DNA of 64,000 bases from Octopus vulgaris (taxonomy: Eukaryota), in NCBI GenBank assembly GCA_951406725.2, contig OX597837.1:3596001-3660000 (forward strand), written 5' to 3'. The translations under genes were made by a program, and so were the position numbers. Shown here piece by piece: positions 40,509-56,078 of this stretch (position 1 is the first letter of the stretch; the number at the start of each line of letters is the position of its first letter). The notes under the pieces are model-generated. The model was not told where the DNA came from. It ran no database searches and saw nothing but the letters and a program-made list of their open reading frames with translations.

Positions 40509-40618
40509 AGGACTTTTGTTCATTGCAGTATTGTAACATTATTTTGCAGTGTATAATATGTAAGAAATAATAATATAAGTACACACATACACACATATAT
40601 ACGTGTGTGTTTGTGTAC

Positions 40619-40681
<63 letters not shown>

Positions 40682-41182
40682 AATACAAACATATAGCAAT
40701 AAGAAAATGGAGGAAATCAACAGGTGTTTCATAAACTTTTAGACATTATATTATGTTAACTTATTTATTTATTTATTTATTTTTTAACCGATAATTACAA
40801 TAATATACATACATGTAACATATTATTCTTTACATATGAAATATAAGATATAAAATATAGTGATATACAAGGATACCAATAGTTATAAAAAAAACATTGG
40901 GAAAATAACTTGAAGCTGTTCCAGCGAATAGATAAAAATACCTCATTCTTCTATTATTACTCAAGTGGATTGAAGTAATAGATAGATGAACATGTGGTAC
41001 TTGTATATATCTCCAGGCTTCGTCAGAGATTATATAAGAAATTCGTCAAAAATCATATGAAAAATTTGTATGAGATTATATGAGAAGTTTCCTATTAGAA
41101 ATTCCTCAAATAGAGAAAGACTTAATACAAAATTTATATATATAACATATAATATATAATATATAATATATAATATACAATA

Positions 41183-41228
<46 letters not shown>

Positions 41229-41619
41229 CAACTATAAATAAGGGTATCTGAGAGACACCCCCATGCCGAAATAGCAGTCAAACCCTGACTCTAAAAACCA
41301 CCTAAAATGTTCATATCGCACCATGAGATAAGCCCGAGAGACAAAATAAACTAACAAAAAAGATATTACTGGATAATTCAAGATCCTGGATTTCTAGCTT
41401 TGCTTCAAATAAACTCTGCTTTCGTCAGTTTAATATACCACATTAGCACATAAATACAAACATATATATATACAGAACACACGTTATACTTACATATACG
41501 AACGTCCATACATACATATATATGCACGTATATACATCTGTTAATTTTGTCTATACGGTTTATTCTCGTGGCCACTAATATTATTATCTCTTATGAGCAA
41601 TAATATTCTTTCTCTGTTA

Positions 41620-41928
41620 CTCTGTTACTTGTTTCAGTCATTTGACTCTGGCCATGCTGGAGCACCGCCTTTTATCCGAGCAAATCGAACCCAGGGCTTT
41701 TTATTTGTAAGCCTAGTACTTATTCAATCGGTTTCTTTTGCCGAACCGCTAAATTACGGGGACGTAAACACACCAGCATCGGTTGTCAAGTGATGTTGGG
41801 GGGGGGGGACAAACACAGACACACAAACATATACACACACATATATACTTATATATACATATATACGACGGGCTTCTTTCAGTTTCCGTCTACCAAATCC
41901 ACTCACGAGGCTTTGGTCGGCACGAGAC
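41620..41928 (-). mobile_element. SINE family A, head missing
   Basis: Tail and body present, ending at GGCTTTGGTCGGCACGAG. Confidence 0.85.
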
Positions 41929-42323
41929 TATGTTTAATCATCTTGTATTATTTTTATTAAAATTGATAATCTTAGTGAAACATGTTTTGTAATACATTTT
42001 ATAAACATTCGTAATCTTAATGAGAAATATAAGGTTTTCTGTGGATTGTAGATCTTTAGGTAATGGCTGTTCTATTACATTAGTAGTGTCGTATATTAAT
42101 GTGAATTATTTTAAATGCAAGTAGTTTTAAATACATCGTTAGTTACTGCACAGAGGATGTCGTCGGTATTAAATTAAAGTCAGGCCTGGGTTCTGTACAA
42201 ATACTCCACAAGGTGTAAAGTTCGCTTTTTGTTACTGTTATATAAGACGACCCTCAATTTTGGTGCGATTTTTTGCGCTCTAACAGGTCATCCTATATAC
42301 CGAAATATACAGTAAATACTATA

Positions 42324-42470
<147 letters not shown>

Positions 42471-42662
42471 ATACAGATAAAGGGTGAAATATAATTAATT
42501 TAATAAAATCAATAAATTTCACCTAGTAGTATTTCGGTATGGAAAAGGACCATATTCGGTAAAAATTTATATAATTATAATAATAAGGGTTTTTTTTTTG
42601 CAACGAGTTGCTTAAACCATATACAGAAAATATTAGAAATAGCAGTCAAAGGATTTTGACTG

Positions 42663-42737
<75 letters not shown>

Positions 42738-43017
42738 CAAACATACACATAAATATTTAGTTATATACATACACTTATTTTGCATTTTCGCGTAAAAGAA
42801 AACATATATCTAAAGAAATTCTGAAAATTTCTATTATCATTGAAACTTTAACCCTTTTTTTTAAAGGAATTTATATTCTGTTGTATTATTCACGTTATGT
42901 TTGGTGGTGACAAGCGTTCGACTCGAAGTTTCCAATTCAATTCTGTAGATTTACATCACGCAAAGTATATATACGTACTCTATTCTTATACTGAAATCTA
43001 TATCTGCAGCTCGTAAA

Positions 43018-43057
<40 letters not shown>

Positions 43058-43109
43058 ATGTATATACATATATAATATACATAGATACATACATATATAC
43101 ATACATACA

Positions 43110-43161
<52 letters not shown>

Positions 43162-43230
43162 TATATTCGTACACACACATCTCTACAAGGTTATGTAGAT
43201 ATATGTACACTCAGCCATACACAGTCACTC

Positions 43231-43268
<38 letters not shown>

Positions 43269-43947
43269 ATATCTATCCCATACGTGTGTGTACATGTGAA
43301 TGTATTTAGATATATACACGTATAGATATCTATGTATATATATATATATATCTTCTCCATGTATATGTGTGTGCAAATATATATACATATATGCAAAGAC
43401 ATACATTTATATATATGCACATGTGTGTGTGTGTGCGCGGGTGGGTGTATGTATGTATATGCAAACATGCATACACACATATAAAACACCCCATTCTACA
43501 AACTGCAGCTTGGAAACAGGGAAACTAAGAAAAGAAAAATATAAATTGATATGTTATAAAATAAAAGCGGAAAACAATGATGTAAACAAAGGAAAGCCGA
43601 AAAAGAAACCCATGAAAAATCACACAAAACAACCAAATATACGCAATTCCTCTCTCAATGGGAGAACAATATATTCTTCGGATGTCGATTATTCTAACGG
43701 TTATCAATAAGTGCAATCGAAACTCTATTTAAGATTGGTTTCTTAACGCTATAATGTATAAGCATACAATACATCTAAAATCTAAATCAAAATACGAAAT
43801 ATAAATATACTATACTATAATATAATATAATAATATAATATATAATATAATATACATAATATATATATATATATACATACATATATATATATATATATTT
43901 TATATATATATATATATATATGAATATATATATATATATATATATTT

Positions 43948-45010
43948 CTACTTGAAGGCTCTGAATTTACCTTCAAACAAGGTACGAAGTTTAAAATTAA
44001 GACTAACTTCTCCTGTTCCTCCGAGAACCTTATCTACGTTCTCACATGCGCTGGTTGCCAACATAATTATGTGGGACAAACGAGTCTCCCGTTACGTAAA
44101 CGAGTAACGGTGCATAAAGAACAAATAAATCTCCCGGAATACCGACAAATTCCACTGAGTGACCACTTAGACTCATGTGCCAAAGACTTAAACCCCAAAT
44201 TCTATATATTCCCCTTCTACCAATGTAAAGACGGGATCACCACACAGGAGAGAATTAACAAGGAGAATCTCTTTATTGAAAAATTCCAAACACAACTTAA
44301 TATGCAAACTCCTCGTTGATCAAACTTCCTTTCTCTACCTCACTCTTCATGGATGGACTAACACAAATATATAAAGATACCATGCATTCACCACTTCAAG
44401 CTAAAACTTATATTCTTTAAATATCATTTTCACTATTGTTGTTGTTACTACTATCATTTTTATTATAAATGATATGACAATTTGAAATGCAATTGTCTAT
44501 GCAGTTTTATATTATTAGAAAATAATATAAATAAAGTGTTAAAATCTGAAAGTTAAGTTAACAAGCAATTATATATAAAAAAGATAATGCAAATGAAGCT
44601 AAAATGATAGTTTTATAATTTGGGTTTTATTGAAGAACTCAAAGAGTTTTCTCCCCTTACTCACAACACAGGAACTGAAGAACCAGGACCACAATTACTA
44701 CTACTTCCTGTCCTGCAACATGCTGTATTCAACAACACAACACATCACATGCTCTTAATCCCTTTGGATCTTAACACCTCAAGGTAACTTTTTGGTAAAC
44801 AACCATAAAACTCAAGATACACAACGAACTCACAATGTATCGGAGAACTTATTTTTTAATTTTTTTTTAATTTTTGTACATTTTTATCATTATTCTTTTA
44901 CAAAAAACATTGCAATTTTCTTTTTTCCCCTTTCTAATTTTCAAAAAAACTTCTTAAAACATAAATATTCTTGACAAGTCATACATTGACGAAAACCGGT
45001 TGAATAAATA
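43948..45010 (+). mobile_element. 5'-truncated Penelope-like retroelement: GIY-YIG endonuclease C-terminus plus 3' UTR/pLTR, within (TA)n
   Basis: The frame is open over 43948-44319: FSCSSENLIYVLTCAGCQHNYVGQTSLPLRKRVTVHKEQI...SDHLDSC...ERINKENLFIEKFQTQLN. A hammerhead-shaped motif at 44966-45006 is followed by AATAAA. Confidence 0.88.
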
Positions 45011-45147
45011 TATATATTTATATATTTTATCATTTTCTCATTTTATTAAAATTTTATTTCATTTGAGCATTCTGAATTTTTAAAAAAATTTTTTTCCTTA
45101 CTTATCATTTCTCCACGTGCGGTCAACACAACCCCACCATTTATTGA

Positions 45148-45186
<39 letters not shown>

Positions 45187-45216
45187 CATATATATATATA
45201 TATATGTATATATATG

Positions 45217-45250
<34 letters not shown>

Positions 45251-45252
<2 letters not shown>

Positions 45253-45412
45253 CGCAGGAATGGCTGTGTGGTAAGTAGCTTGTTTACCAACCACATGGTT
45301 CTGGGTTCAGTCCCACTGCGTGGCACCTTGGACAAGTGTCTTCTACTATAACCTCGGGCCGACCAAATCCTTGTGAGTGGATTTGGTAGACGGAAACTGA
45401 AAGAAGCCTGCC

Positions 45413-45448
<36 letters not shown>

Positions 45449-45679
45449 GTGTGTGTGTGTGTGTTGTGTGTCTGTGTTTGTCTCCCTAGCATTGCTTGAC
45501 AACCGATGCTGGTGTGTTTATGTCCCCGTTACTTAGCGGTTCGGCAAAAGTGACCGATAGAATAAGTACTGGGCTTACAAAAAGAATAAGTCCCGGGGTC
45601 GAGTTGCTGGATTAAAGGCGGTGCTGCAGCATGGCCGCAGTCAAATGACTGAAACAAGTAAAAGAGTAAAGAGTAAGAG
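45251..45679 (+). mobile_element. SINE family A, full length
   Basis: Family A head, body and tail. Confidence 0.9.
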
Positions 45680-45865
45680 TATATATATTTATAAATATAT
45701 GTAAAAGGACATTTTTTATAGATTCATTGATAATTATTATAAGCATGTCTACTTGATTGGTTAATATTTACATGTATGTGTGTGTATGTATCCTGAGTGA
45801 TGTGTGTAGAGATGTGTGCATGTGTATGTATATCATTATATCTTCGTATATATCTCTATATTTTC

Positions 45866-46165
45866 TTCTACTTGTTCCAGGCGGTTGACTGTGGCCATGC
45901 TCGAGCAGCGCATTTAGTCAAACAAATCGACTCCAGAACTTATTCTTTGTAAGCTTTGCACTTATTCTATCGATCGCTTTTACCGAACCGTTAAGTTACG
46001 GGGACACACCAACGCTGGTTGTCAAGCAGACACACACATACACACATAAACGCACGCACGCACACATACGACGGTCTTCTTTCAGTTTCTGCCTACCAAA
46101 TCGGCTTTGGTCTACCCGTGGCTCTAGTAGAAGATACTTACCCAAGGTGCCATGCAGTGGGCCTG
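45866..46165 (-). mobile_element. Diverged SINE family A
   Basis: Degenerate tail and body with deletions. Confidence 0.75.
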
Positions 46166-46174
46166 AAATCAGAT

Positions 46175-46212
<38 letters not shown>

Positions 46213-47033
46213 CGTAGGCTTTTCTTTCCAAGGATAAACCTAATCTGTTTTCCCTTTTTACATCGATATGTCTGTGATACCCGATACCTATTGATCGGCA
46301 TTTTTTCCACGATCCATTTTGATCGAAATTCGACCCACTTTTTCTTCTCTTCTTCTTCTTCTCAAAAAGAAAAGCTCTACTTTGTATGTTGTCCCCTCTG
46401 TGTTCAGCCCTGTGTGACCAATAAAGAATCATATATATGTATATTAGTAGCACAAATATCCATAGCCACAAAGCTAAGGCGAAAGTTCACACTTCCTGAT
46501 TTTCTTAAGCGATTTAGCAGGAGGGATCGAAATAGAGCGAGGTATCATGCAAAAATACAGTTTATGACCCCTATTTTCCCGTTTTGAGCGTGATTTCTTT
46601 TGTATTGATTGTTATGAGAAACTCTTATCGATTATGACTGCGAAAAACAGTTCAAATTAAGCAATAAGCTATTCAAGGATGATCTCAGATGAATAGATAG
46701 AGCAAATATCAAATAAATGAGTTATTGAGACACTATTCATAGATTCAGTTCATATTTATGTATGTGGTTGGATTTCGGGATATAAAATAGTGTCATCTCT
46801 TGATATTACGAAGAAGAAACGGTTTGACTGGGAAAAATACTCCAAACTCAGCCACTGCCTTTTTATGGATGATCATAAGATGTTTTGATGGAGAAGATAT
46901 CAAATCGATAGATGCATCAGTAAATAGCTGTTTATATATTCATCGTAGATATACAGGTGGATTTCGGTATATAAAAAATGGTTTGATGTCTTGATATTAC
47001 TAAGAGGAAACGTGTATCATTTTAGCGAATAAT

Positions 47034-47247
47034 GTTGCCAGATGGGCAGGTGATGAAAGACAGGGAACTACAAAAACAGAGAGAAGAGGAGAGAGAGAGA
47101 GAGAGAGAGAGAAAGAAAGAAAGAAAGAAAGAATGAGGAGAGAGAGAAAGGGCTAAATGAAAGAGAAACATTTTTGTCATTTTATGGTTTAATGTTACCA
47201 GGTGAGCAAGTGATGAAAGACAGGGTACTGCAAAAACAAAGTAAAAG

Positions 47248-47316
<69 letters not shown>

Positions 47317-47390
47317 AAGGGCTAAATGAAAAAGATAATTTTGTCATTTTATGGAATACTGTTACAGGTGAGCAGGTGATAAAAGATATC
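47034..47390 (+). repeat. Tandem repeat, unit about 165 bp with an embedded (GA)n, two full copies and one partial
   Basis: GAGCARGTGATGAAAGACAGGG...GGGCTAAATGAAAA...TTTTGTCATTTTATGG is repeated. Confidence 0.8.
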
Positions 47391-48151
47391 ATAGTGAATA
47401 CATATATTTGGAGTACATTGAGACAAGATAAAAGAAAACCAAATGAGAAGATCGTTTGGGAAAGATTTAGAAGGTTCAAGTTAGGGTTTAAAAGCGAATT
47501 GAAAGGAAAAAGAAAACAAGTTTATTGCGGTAAACACATGGGCTGTTTCGATAATGAGGAACAGAGCTGGGATTATTAAATAGAATAAAGGAGAGATTAA
47601 AAAGATCGATGTTAAAAAATGCAATACAGTGATCAAGAATGATCCATCCATCAATAAATCCATCCATCCATCCATCCATCCATCCATCTATCCAGCCAGC
47701 CATCCAGCCAGCCAGCCAACCATCCATCCTTCCATCAATCCATCCATCCATCCATCCATCCATACATCCATCCATCCATCCATCCATCCTTCCATCTATC
47801 CAGTCAGCCAGCCAGCTACAAGTTGAGAATGTTAGAATTTATTTTCACAGAACAAAAGGTTTTGGGTTCGATAAGCTGCGAAAACTTAATGAAAATGGCG
47901 GTAAAAAACGTTGGGTATTACGTAAAGAACGGTGTTAAAGACTGGCTGATGAAAGCAAAACAGCTTGATGATTTAAAATTAGAAAGTTGCCCCGGGGAAA
48001 AAAGAAACACCGATTATAAGAAACACTGTAAATAATTGCTCACAATACACAGGGATCGATATTGGAAATACAATAGTCATAGAAAATTTTATTTACATTT
48101 TTCTCGTTGCTTTCACCGTTGTATTCAAAAGCTAAACAATTTTGCTGTTAT

Positions 48152-48540
48152 ACGCAGGAGTGGCTGTGTGGTAAGTAGGTTCCGGGTTCCGGGTTCAGTC
48201 CCACTGCTGGTACCAAGTGTCTTCTACTATAACCTCGGGCCGACCAAAGCCTTGTGAGTGAATTTGGTAGACGGAAACTGAAAAAAAGCCCGTCGTATAT
48301 ATGTATATGTATATGTATATATATATGTGTGTGTGTGTGTTTGTGTGTCTGTGTTTGTCCCCCCAACATCGTTTGACAACCGATGCTGATGTGTTTACAT
48401 CCCTGTAACTTAGCGGTTCAGCAAAAGGGACCGATAGAATAAGTACTAGGCTTACAAAGAATGAGTCCTGGGGTCGATTTGCTCGACTAAAGGCGGTGCT
48501 CCAGCATGGCCGCAGTCAAATGACTGAAACAACTAAAAGA

Positions 48541-48548
<8 letters not shown>
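48152..48548 (+). mobile_element. SINE family A
   Basis: Family A with small deletions in the head. Confidence 0.88.
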
Positions 48549-48608
<60 letters not shown>

Positions 48609-48860
48609 ACTTGTACGATTTAAGAATATAACTTGGATGGATGAATGTCGGAGAACTACTTTAGTGTAATTGTATCAGGATTGTCTGGAGTACGATTGAT
48701 ACATGGTTCGAATCCTGCAGATAGATTTTTTCTTTTTGGCCAAGGGATTTTTAAGCCTCAGTATTATATGCTATTTTTTATAGTTGGTTAAGGCGCCGAG
48801 CCTGTAGAATCGTTACTGTGCCGGAAAAAATGTTTAGCTGTCTCCATAAAACATATAACT

Positions 48861-49150
48861 GTAGAGGCTCAATGGCCCAGTGATTAGGGCAGCGGACTCG
48901 CGGTTTCAATTCCCAGACCGGGCGTTGTGTCTGTTTATTGAGCGAAAACACCTAAAAGCTCCACGAGGCTCCGGTAGAGGGTGGTGGCGACCTCTGTTGT
49001 ACTCTTTCGCCCCAACTTTCTCTCACTCTCTCTTCCTGTTTCTTGAGTAACGCTGCGATGGACTGACGCCCCGTCCAGCTAGGGGGAACACATACGCCAC
49101 AGAAACCGGGAAACCGGGCGAATGAGCCTGGATAAGCTTGAAAAGGGCGA
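48861..49150 (+). mobile_element. SINE family C (same head as 10906, 3' module like 3112)
   Basis: GAGGCTCAATGGCCCAGTGATTAGGGCAGCGGACTCGCGG...GAAACCGGGAAACCGGG. Confidence 0.8.
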
Positions 49151-49229
49151 CGTTTTTATAAAACATATACCTACTGAATACTTCATCTTATCAACAAAAA
49201 AAAAAAAAAAAATTACAGCCCCTTCCTGT

Positions 49230-49430
49230 GTTTAACTCCAGAACCGTGGACCATATTTTCCACGACTTTGATTAAAATCTCTGGAACTTTAGCAAGTCAA
49301 AAAGCATCTAAAGTTGCTATTGATTGTCCCTATGCCATCGCACCTCTGACGTTACAGTTTTGTTGATTAGAAGCTGTTCGACACATCCCTAAACCTCTTT
49401 CTTCTCAGCCGAGTATTCATTATCATGATG
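49230..49430 (-). mobile_element. Degraded non-LTR reverse transcriptase fragment
   Basis: The minus strand reads GCVEQLLINKTVTSEVRWHR, a GC.EQL.I-type motif related to the fragment at 50760. Confidence 0.45.
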
Positions 49431-49860
49431 TTCTCACAATCGCAGTCATCTTCGAGTAATAGCTTCAGACACGTTCAATACATTTTACGCATTAAATTCA
49501 GGCATGTTATTGGCCTGCTGTTCATTGTCATGTGATTGGTATTTATCTCTAGTATCACATCTGTGCGTGTATATCCGTGCATGTATGAGCGTGTCTTTGC
49601 GTTTGGCTGTACAAGCGTAGGGCTTTCAACGCATGTGTCTATCCGTGTGTGACTGCGCGCGCCCGTCAAGCCGTTCACCCACTCATCCATTGGTCACCGT
49701 TTCACCTCTTTGGTTCGTATGTGTGTGTACATATACGCATTACAGTGTTACCTCGTATGCGTGTGTGCGTTTACATTCGTCCGTAGGCTAATGTCTGCAT
49801 TCTTGTTTATATGTGTGAATACACGCGTTTGTGTGTGTGTGTTTGTGCGTGTGTGTGTAT

Positions 49861-49894
<34 letters not shown>

Positions 49895-50261
49895 CTGTGA
49901 GTGTATGCGTATACGATCAAGAGTGTGCCTCCGAGTGCGTTCTCGTTTATGCGTGTATGTATGTGTGTATGTATGTGTGTATGTATGTGTGTGTGTGTGT
50001 ATGCGTTGTGTGTGTGTGCATGCGAGCGCCAGCGTGTATGCAAATGTCTGTGTGCCAGTGTGTTCATTCTGGTTTATGTGAGTGCGATTATCTACGTACA
50101 AACACAACCTTTTCCCCCCCTTTTCCGTAATACCACCGATAATTATACAATCACGGGACAAAAAGCCAGCGGCCAAGCAGTTTCCGAATCTTAAAATATA
50201 AACATATAAACTACACATACGGGCGCACACGCACGCACACATACACACACATAGGCGTGCG

Positions 50262-50338
<77 letters not shown>

Positions 50339-50364
50339 CTGCGTATATATATGTGTGTGTGTGT

Positions 50365-50640
50365 GTGTGTATATACTCTATACTTAATATATAAACTACA
50401 TACTATATGGACTTGCGTGTGTATGTATATATATATGTGCGCGTTTATATATATGTGTGTGTGTATATATACTCTATACTTAATATATAAACTACATGCT
50501 GTATGGACATGCGTGTGTATGTATATATATGTGTATATATATATATATGTTTGTGTGTATATACTCTATACTTTATATATAAACTACATACTGTATGGAC
50601 ATGCGTGTGTATGTATATATATATGTATATATATGTGTAC

Positions 50641-50686
<46 letters not shown>

Positions 50687-50730
50687 ATATATACTCTATA
50701 CTTAATATATAAGCCACATACTATATGGAT
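50365..50730 (+). repeat. Minisatellite, about 90-120-bp unit, four copies
   Basis: GTGTATATACTCTATACTTAATATATAAACTACATACTRTATGGA recurs four times, separated by TA/TG runs. Confidence 0.88.
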
Positions 50731-50759
50731 TTATGGTTAGCATGCAAACTATCCTGAAC

Positions 50760-50985
50760 CTGTCTGCACCTATTATTCTTGAATGGCTATGATTGTAATA
50801 ATATTATTGTTTTCGAACAGGCAGCTGAGAAGCAGGAAATTTGGCTTTTGAGTTAGCAACATATCATCAAGAAAACTGTGATGTCAGAGGCTTGGTGCCA
50901 TAGGAATAACTTGGTTACATTCTGGCTTGATTACAAGAAAGCTTTCGACTCTCTTCTTCATTCGTGGATGCTTGGAGGCCCTTTG
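50760..50985 (+). mobile_element. Degraded non-LTR reverse transcriptase fragment (R4/Dong/NeSL-like)
   Basis: QHIIKKTVMSEAWCHRNNLVTFWLDYKKAFDSLLHSWML matches the W.DY.KA.DS..HSW motif. Confidence 0.65.
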
Positions 50986-51179
50986 ACAATTCCATGAAAG
51001 ATGCTGCAAGGAAAATATCAGAAGGAAATTCGATTATTATCAGGGGAACCTGATAGCAGAATCTCAAACGAAACAAAATTAAGGCTAACTAGATGGGTAG
51101 ATAGATAGATAGGTAGATAGATAGATAGATATTTAGATAAATAAATAGAGATAGGGGAGAGAGAAAGATAATAATAATG

Positions 51180-51283
<104 letters not shown>

Positions 51284-51547
51284 AATAATATAGATAGCTA
51301 GATAAATAGATAGATAGATGGACAGAGAGATAGATAGAGGTAGGAAGAGAGAGAGAGAGAGAGAGAGAAAGAGAAAGAGAGAGAGAGAGAGTGAAAGAGA
51401 GAAAAGAAAAAGAAGGGGAAGTAGAAAACGATGTAAAATGATACTACTACTACTACTACTAACAATAATAATAATAATGATTTTAATATAGATAGCTAGA
51501 TAAATAGATAAATAGATGGACACAGAGATAGATAGATAGATGCAGGA

Positions 51548-51587
<40 letters not shown>

Positions 51588-51676
51588 AGTGAGAAAAGAA
51601 AAAGAAGAGGAAGTAGAGAACGAAGTAAAATAATAATAATAATAACAACAACAACAACAGCAACAATAACAACAAC

Positions 51677-51730
<54 letters not shown>

Positions 51731-52271
51731 TAATAATAATAATAATAATAATCAGAAGAAGAAGAAGAAGAAGAAGAAGAAGAAGAAGAAGAAGAAGAAG
51801 AAGAAGAAGAAGAAGGAGAAGAAGAAAAGAATGCGGGAGTGGTATGATAGTAGTAGGATGTTAAATGGTCAAGTGACCTGAAAGTGACCTGAAAGTAACG
51901 TTGAAATAAGGAATGGTTAACTAGGGTATATATGAGCTGAGAGGTCAACAGTAAAATCAGAATAAATTGGTCGGGTATTGAGTGATGAAGTATATTAGGA
52001 TTTGTTGTTTATAGTTTATGGCGAATATGTTTAGCAATATCGGAATATTATAGGTGGAAACGTGTGTAGATAAACAACGACATACATATACACACGTAGA
52101 GAGAAAAAAACGCATTCAGAAGCATACACGCATGCGCACAGACACGCACATGGGCACATATATTCAAATACAATATTCCACGCTAATCTGGGCACAAATA
52201 TGTATGTAATAATAATTACCTTCACGGGTGTATATTTCAGTGTGTGTAAATACATATGGATACATGTATGG

Positions 52272-52393
<122 letters not shown>

Positions 52394-52463
52394 TTATCTA
52401 TCTATCTGTCCGTCTGTCTCTCTTTCTATCATTCTGTCTGACTGTCTTCTTATATCAATGTGA

Positions 52464-52538
<75 letters not shown>

Positions 52539-52772
52539 CATATATATATATACATACATATATACATATATATATGTATATGTATAAATGTGTATTTTAT
52601 ACATATATGAGCGTGTGCCTGTGTGTCCATGTGTGTGCCACGCGCGTGCGTGTAAATTTGCGTGCGAATGCTGAGGGAGTACATTATAATCCATGAAGAT
52701 GTAAAAACATTAAAGAAAGTATATCAATTCCTTTGTGTAAAACGTAAAACAATTTATAAAGATTATGATATG

Positions 52773-52854
<82 letters not shown>

Positions 52855-52962
52855 AGTTATTCCTGTGAACTTAGCGGTTCGGAAAAAGAGACCGATAGAA
52901 TAAGTACTAGGCTTACAAAGAATGAGTGCTTTACAATAATGATAATAATGATAATAATGATG

Positions 52963-53045
<83 letters not shown>

Positions 53046-54009
53046 CCGAACCCTAACACAAACAAACATAATTTTCGTATGTTTAAAAAAAAATTTTTTA
53101 GACATTCACTAGTACAACACTAAATACAAAACCAAATGTATGGCACACTAGGCATAACAACAACACGAACTTCCAACCTGTTGTATCTTGAGATCTCTGG
53201 GTGAGACTTGGAGCCAACTTGTATAAATATAAAGCAAAAGTCAAACATAGAATGATAATAATAATAAATACTCTGATGCAGTACCAGGCAGTGGCTCTCG
53301 TGGCTTCTGATCTTACCTGATGCTCCAGCAGGGCACAGTCAAATGACTGAAACAAGTAAACGCGTAAAATAGTATATGCATCTTCGTATATATACACAAA
53401 CATGTACAGACAGTATACCGACAATACATATATACACACATACCAACATACATGCATCAATACATACCTACATATATCATATATGAATACAATGTAAATG
53501 TGTGCATGTGTATATATGTGTTTATATGTGTGTGTATGCGTGTTTTTGTGAATAGGCATATGTGTACGTGTGTGTATATATTTATGTCTGTGTATGCGTG
53601 TATATGGGAGTAGGCATATATGTGTGTGAGTGTATGCGTGTATGTGCGATTATGCATATAGGTACGTGTGTATTCGTGTGTGTGTGTGTATGCATGTAAA
53701 CAGTATTCAGATGTTGCTATACGTCTTTGCCGCAGGCTGAAGGTAACAACTTAAACTCCAGATAAGAAAAAAAACCCCACTCCCTACTCCTCCTCGTCGC
53801 TTTCCGCTTCATGCATATTTTATGTATCCACTTGATGCTTGTGTTTTGCACTATAGAATACATACATACATACAGAGATACATACACACCCGAACGTACG
53901 AACACAACACACATATATATATGTATATATGTATGTATCATTATTATCTGATTCAACACACGAATATTTTGCGTTTTCTTTTACCATCCTTTATATTTTC
54001 GCTGTTGTT

Positions 54010-54010
54010 G

Positions 54011-54081
<71 letters not shown>

Positions 54082-54083
54082 GC

Positions 54084-54171
<88 letters not shown>

Positions 54172-54583
54172 GTTATTATTATTATTAATAGTCGTTGTAT
54201 TACTGTTATATGATTCTCGACAATTTTTTCATGTTTCCTCCGATTATAATCTTGATTTTCTTGCAGATAATTTTTCTGAAAGCTTCTTTCATCGAATCGC
54301 TGTAAAACCCTGTATTTGTTAGAAATCGTTCTAGCAAATCTTGACGCTGAAACTGATACGATTCCTTCCAATTCCTAATTATCAAAATATGCTTAATCTC
54401 CAGTGTCAGCCAAAGCGAAAAAATCCCCCTCTGAACTGCGCGCTTTAAAATTAATTCATTGAAGTCTTAGAAAGACGTTTCATGCGTTTATCGTTTATCA
54501 GTTCTAGAAATCGTTGTTGCTGATGCTGATGTTGTTGTAGCTGTAGCTGTTATAGGTGTAGTTGTTGCTATCGTTATTCTTGC

Positions 54584-54640
<57 letters not shown>

Positions 54641-54714
54641 CATTATTATTATTATCATTATTATTATTATCATTATTATTATTATTATTATCATTATTAT
54701 TATTACTATTATTA

Positions 54715-54780
<66 letters not shown>

Positions 54781-54792
54781 GTATCATCATCA

Positions 54793-54859
<67 letters not shown>

Positions 54860-54874
54860 CATTATTATTCTTGC

Positions 54875-54935
<61 letters not shown>

Positions 54936-54950
54936 ATTATTATTATTATT
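54010..54950. repeat. Long (ATT)n arrays
   Basis: Directly visible at 54010-54190 and 54585-54950. Confidence 0.95.
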
Positions 54951-55654
54951 TTTGTTGTTGTTAATTTTATTGTAGTCATGCCCTTGTAGATTAGCAACTA
55001 ATTGAATCTTTAATTAGTAACCATCTCGTCATCGTTGTCGTTGTTGTAGCTGTTGTTGTTGTTGTTGTTTTAATTGCTATTCTACTTTTATTGCAATGCT
55101 TGGTATTTTCTTTCTTCCTTTTTTTCAAAAATGACTGTAATTAAAATCAGATTTGGCGTTAGTATCTTGAAGGAATATGGCGACGTCGAAATTCCTTTGT
55201 TAGTTAATATTATGGCGACTGTTGCTGTTTTTATTGTTGCCGCTTCTACCGTTGTCGTTGTCGTTGTTGTCGTTGTTGTTGTTGTTGTCGTTGTCGTAGT
55301 TGTTGTTGTCGTTGTTGTTGTCGTTGTTGTTGTTTTCGCTGTTGTATACGCAACTGTTGGCATTATTCTCCCTTTAAAAAGTCTTTGCAACTAAAATTAA
55401 ATTTGACTTCAGTTTCTTGCAGGGGACAAGGGTGACGTGGAGGGTACTTTGTTGGTTCGTGTTGTTGTTGTTGTTGTTCTTGTTCTTGTTGAAGATGATT
55501 GTGGCGATGGGAGGATCTTGCTATTATTGTATGTCGTTGTTGCTTTTTTGTTGTTACTGTTGTTGTAGATGGTTGTGGCGATATGGGTTTGCCATTATTG
55601 CACGGTGTTGCTATTTGCTATATTTAAATATATATATATGTATATATATATGTA

Positions 55655-55727
<73 letters not shown>

Positions 55728-55833
55728 ATGTAGGATAAAATTTTTTTCGGGAAAAATTTTTTATCAATGGCCAGCATATCAAAAAATACCTTTAAAGGTT
55801 AAATTTATAAATTTATAAATTTATCTTGTATAT

Positions 55834-55835
<2 letters not shown>

Positions 55836-55865
<30 letters not shown>

Positions 55866-56078
55866 TTAGCGTCCGTTTTCCATGCTAGCATGGGTTGGAC
55901 GGTTCAACTGGGGTCTGTGAAGCCAGAAGGCTGCATCAGGCCCAGTCTGATCTGGCAGTGTTTCTACGGCTGGATGCCCTTCCTAACGCCAACCACTCCG
56001 CGAGTGTAGTGGGTGCTTTTTACGTGCCACCCGCACAGGTGCCAGACGAGGCTGGCAAACGGCCACGAACGGATGGTG

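Noticed and set aside
50365-50730. Regularly spaced repeats resembling a CRISPR array
   Set aside because: The intervening sequences are related TA/TG microsatellites, so this is a minisatellite.
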